Assembly (NCBI RefSeq): GCF_004010195.1
Contig: NC_057717.1
Coordinates: 37,700,340 to 37,763,806, forward strand
From: Chiloscyllium plagiosum
Lineage: Eukaryota
Direction: 5' to 3'
DNA: 63,467 nt
The position numbers and the translations under genes were made by a program. Below the pieces are notes generated by a model, which saw only the letters and a program-made list of their open reading frames with translations, was not told where the DNA came from and ran no database searches. This document shows, piece after piece, positions 62,214 to 63,467 of the stretch (positions within the stretch are counted from its first letter, which is position 1; the number at the start of each line of letters is the position of its first letter).

Positions 62214-63467
62214 CTTTCACCGCTTAATACAATTTCGGCTCTTCGTTTCACGTGCAGTATTGCAACACTTCGCAGGGGAATGTTCTTGCTGCTTTCATTG
62301 ACACATCTGCCCGCCTGCTTTTGATCACACGTCGGTTTTTGAGTGAACACTGTTTCCATTTTACTGAAAGCGCCAGAGACAACTTTATCAGTGCAGCCGA
62401 AAATACAATGAATGATGTCCGTTTCAAAACGTGAGGTTCCAAACCAACCGTGCACTACCCAAAGTGTTCAAAGGCACGGAAAGCGAATGGCCACTTGCTA
62501 GGGGTCTGACAGAGATGGATCAATGTCACATGTCCTGAACCAATTTTCAGTGATTCAGATTGTTCTGATGGAAACAGAAGGGAACTCTCCTCAACATTTT
62601 GCAATTGTTCTTCTTGTGTTTAACGTAATGAACAGTATATTGTCAGCAACGAGGGTGGAGGTGCGGCAGGATCGTGAGGTTTCAGTGTGGGACATAGAAA
62701 CAGTAAGTCAAATATCCCCAGAGCACGGGTGAGATGTTTGGTCCAGGATCACTGCCATCTTCTGTTTCTAAACCAACAAATGAAATTACTGGAAAATCTC
62801 AGCAGTCTGGTAGCATCTTGGAAATATAAATCGATTTAAGACTTCGGAACTAGTGACATTTCTTTTCCATGTCCATCTCCACCTGATTTTGCACACTCTT
62901 CTTTTTTATTGAATGTCTCCTGACTTCCAACTTTATATTCAGCTTCTCTTTTATTACTTCCTCTCCAACCATTTTCCCAGTCTCCAATTTTGTATCAGAA
63001 CTGTTTCATTTTTCACATTGCCCAGGACTTCGAACTGAACAAATAACTCTGTTTCTATTCCCTCAGATATCAGATGGCCAGAGACTGAAAGGCAGTGTTG
63101 TTCCGAAAACTCATCCATGATTCACCCCGAGTCCACAGGGAGCAAGACGTTTACACGCAGCAGAATACGACACCACGTTCTCCAATCCCCCGATGCCAAC
63201 TGAAATCGGCCACTGCAGCTTCAATCAGGGCTTCCTGACAAACCCTGGGACACAGCTCGTGGAAACTCCTTTCTCATTAACTGCTCTTCCCGTGGGAAAG
63301 GAGCAAAACGTCCTTTTTAAATTGGAAACGGCTTCAGGAGAATGGAAGGTTGTTCCTGTTCTTGGAACGTGGTATAAACAAAACTCCTGTCTTGAAAATA
63401 AGAAGTGGTAAACGTTTTAGGCAGGAAGAACAAAGAAAATGTTGATTGTGAGGACTCTGTCTTGTCA

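Larger units (their letters stand above)
61248..63467 (+). repeat. Large direct repeat, copy B (homologous to 1-2194; runs off the window end)
   Basis: Colinear with the window start, including the unit1/unit2 junction at ~63107. Confidence 0.95.

Overview
Vertebrate genomic DNA from a cartilaginous fish, probably a carpet/bamboo-type shark (judged from HE1-type SINEs, CR1 LINEs and the IgM sequence), with five N-gaps. The main gene is a shark IgM heavy-chain constant region on the + strand at 14.3-24.2 kb. CH1, CH3, CH4 plus secretory tail, TM1 and TM2 are intact with correct splice phases. CH2 alone is disabled by two frameshifts and two nonsense codons, so skipping it would give an in-frame three-domain, IgG-like (IgM1gj-like) heavy chain. 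No intact VH/D/JH is visible; it could lie in a gap. The first ~2.2 kb of the window recurs as a direct repeat ~61.25 kb later. That block belongs to a decayed tRNA-gene array (Leu, Asn, Lys, Lys, Leu, Asp relics), suggesting the Ig minilocus sits in a tandemly duplicated unit bounded by tRNA relics. On the minus strand lie an orphan, frameshifted terminal exon of a collagen galactosyltransferase (COLGALT2-like, ends RDEL) and a decayed array of about 7 copies of an unidentified Cys/His-rich domain (39.7-45.6 kb). The rest is CR1 LINEs (two near full length), SINEs and palindromic Penelope-type elements with hammerhead-ribozyme-like cores. All alignments were done by eye, and repeat boundaries are approximate.
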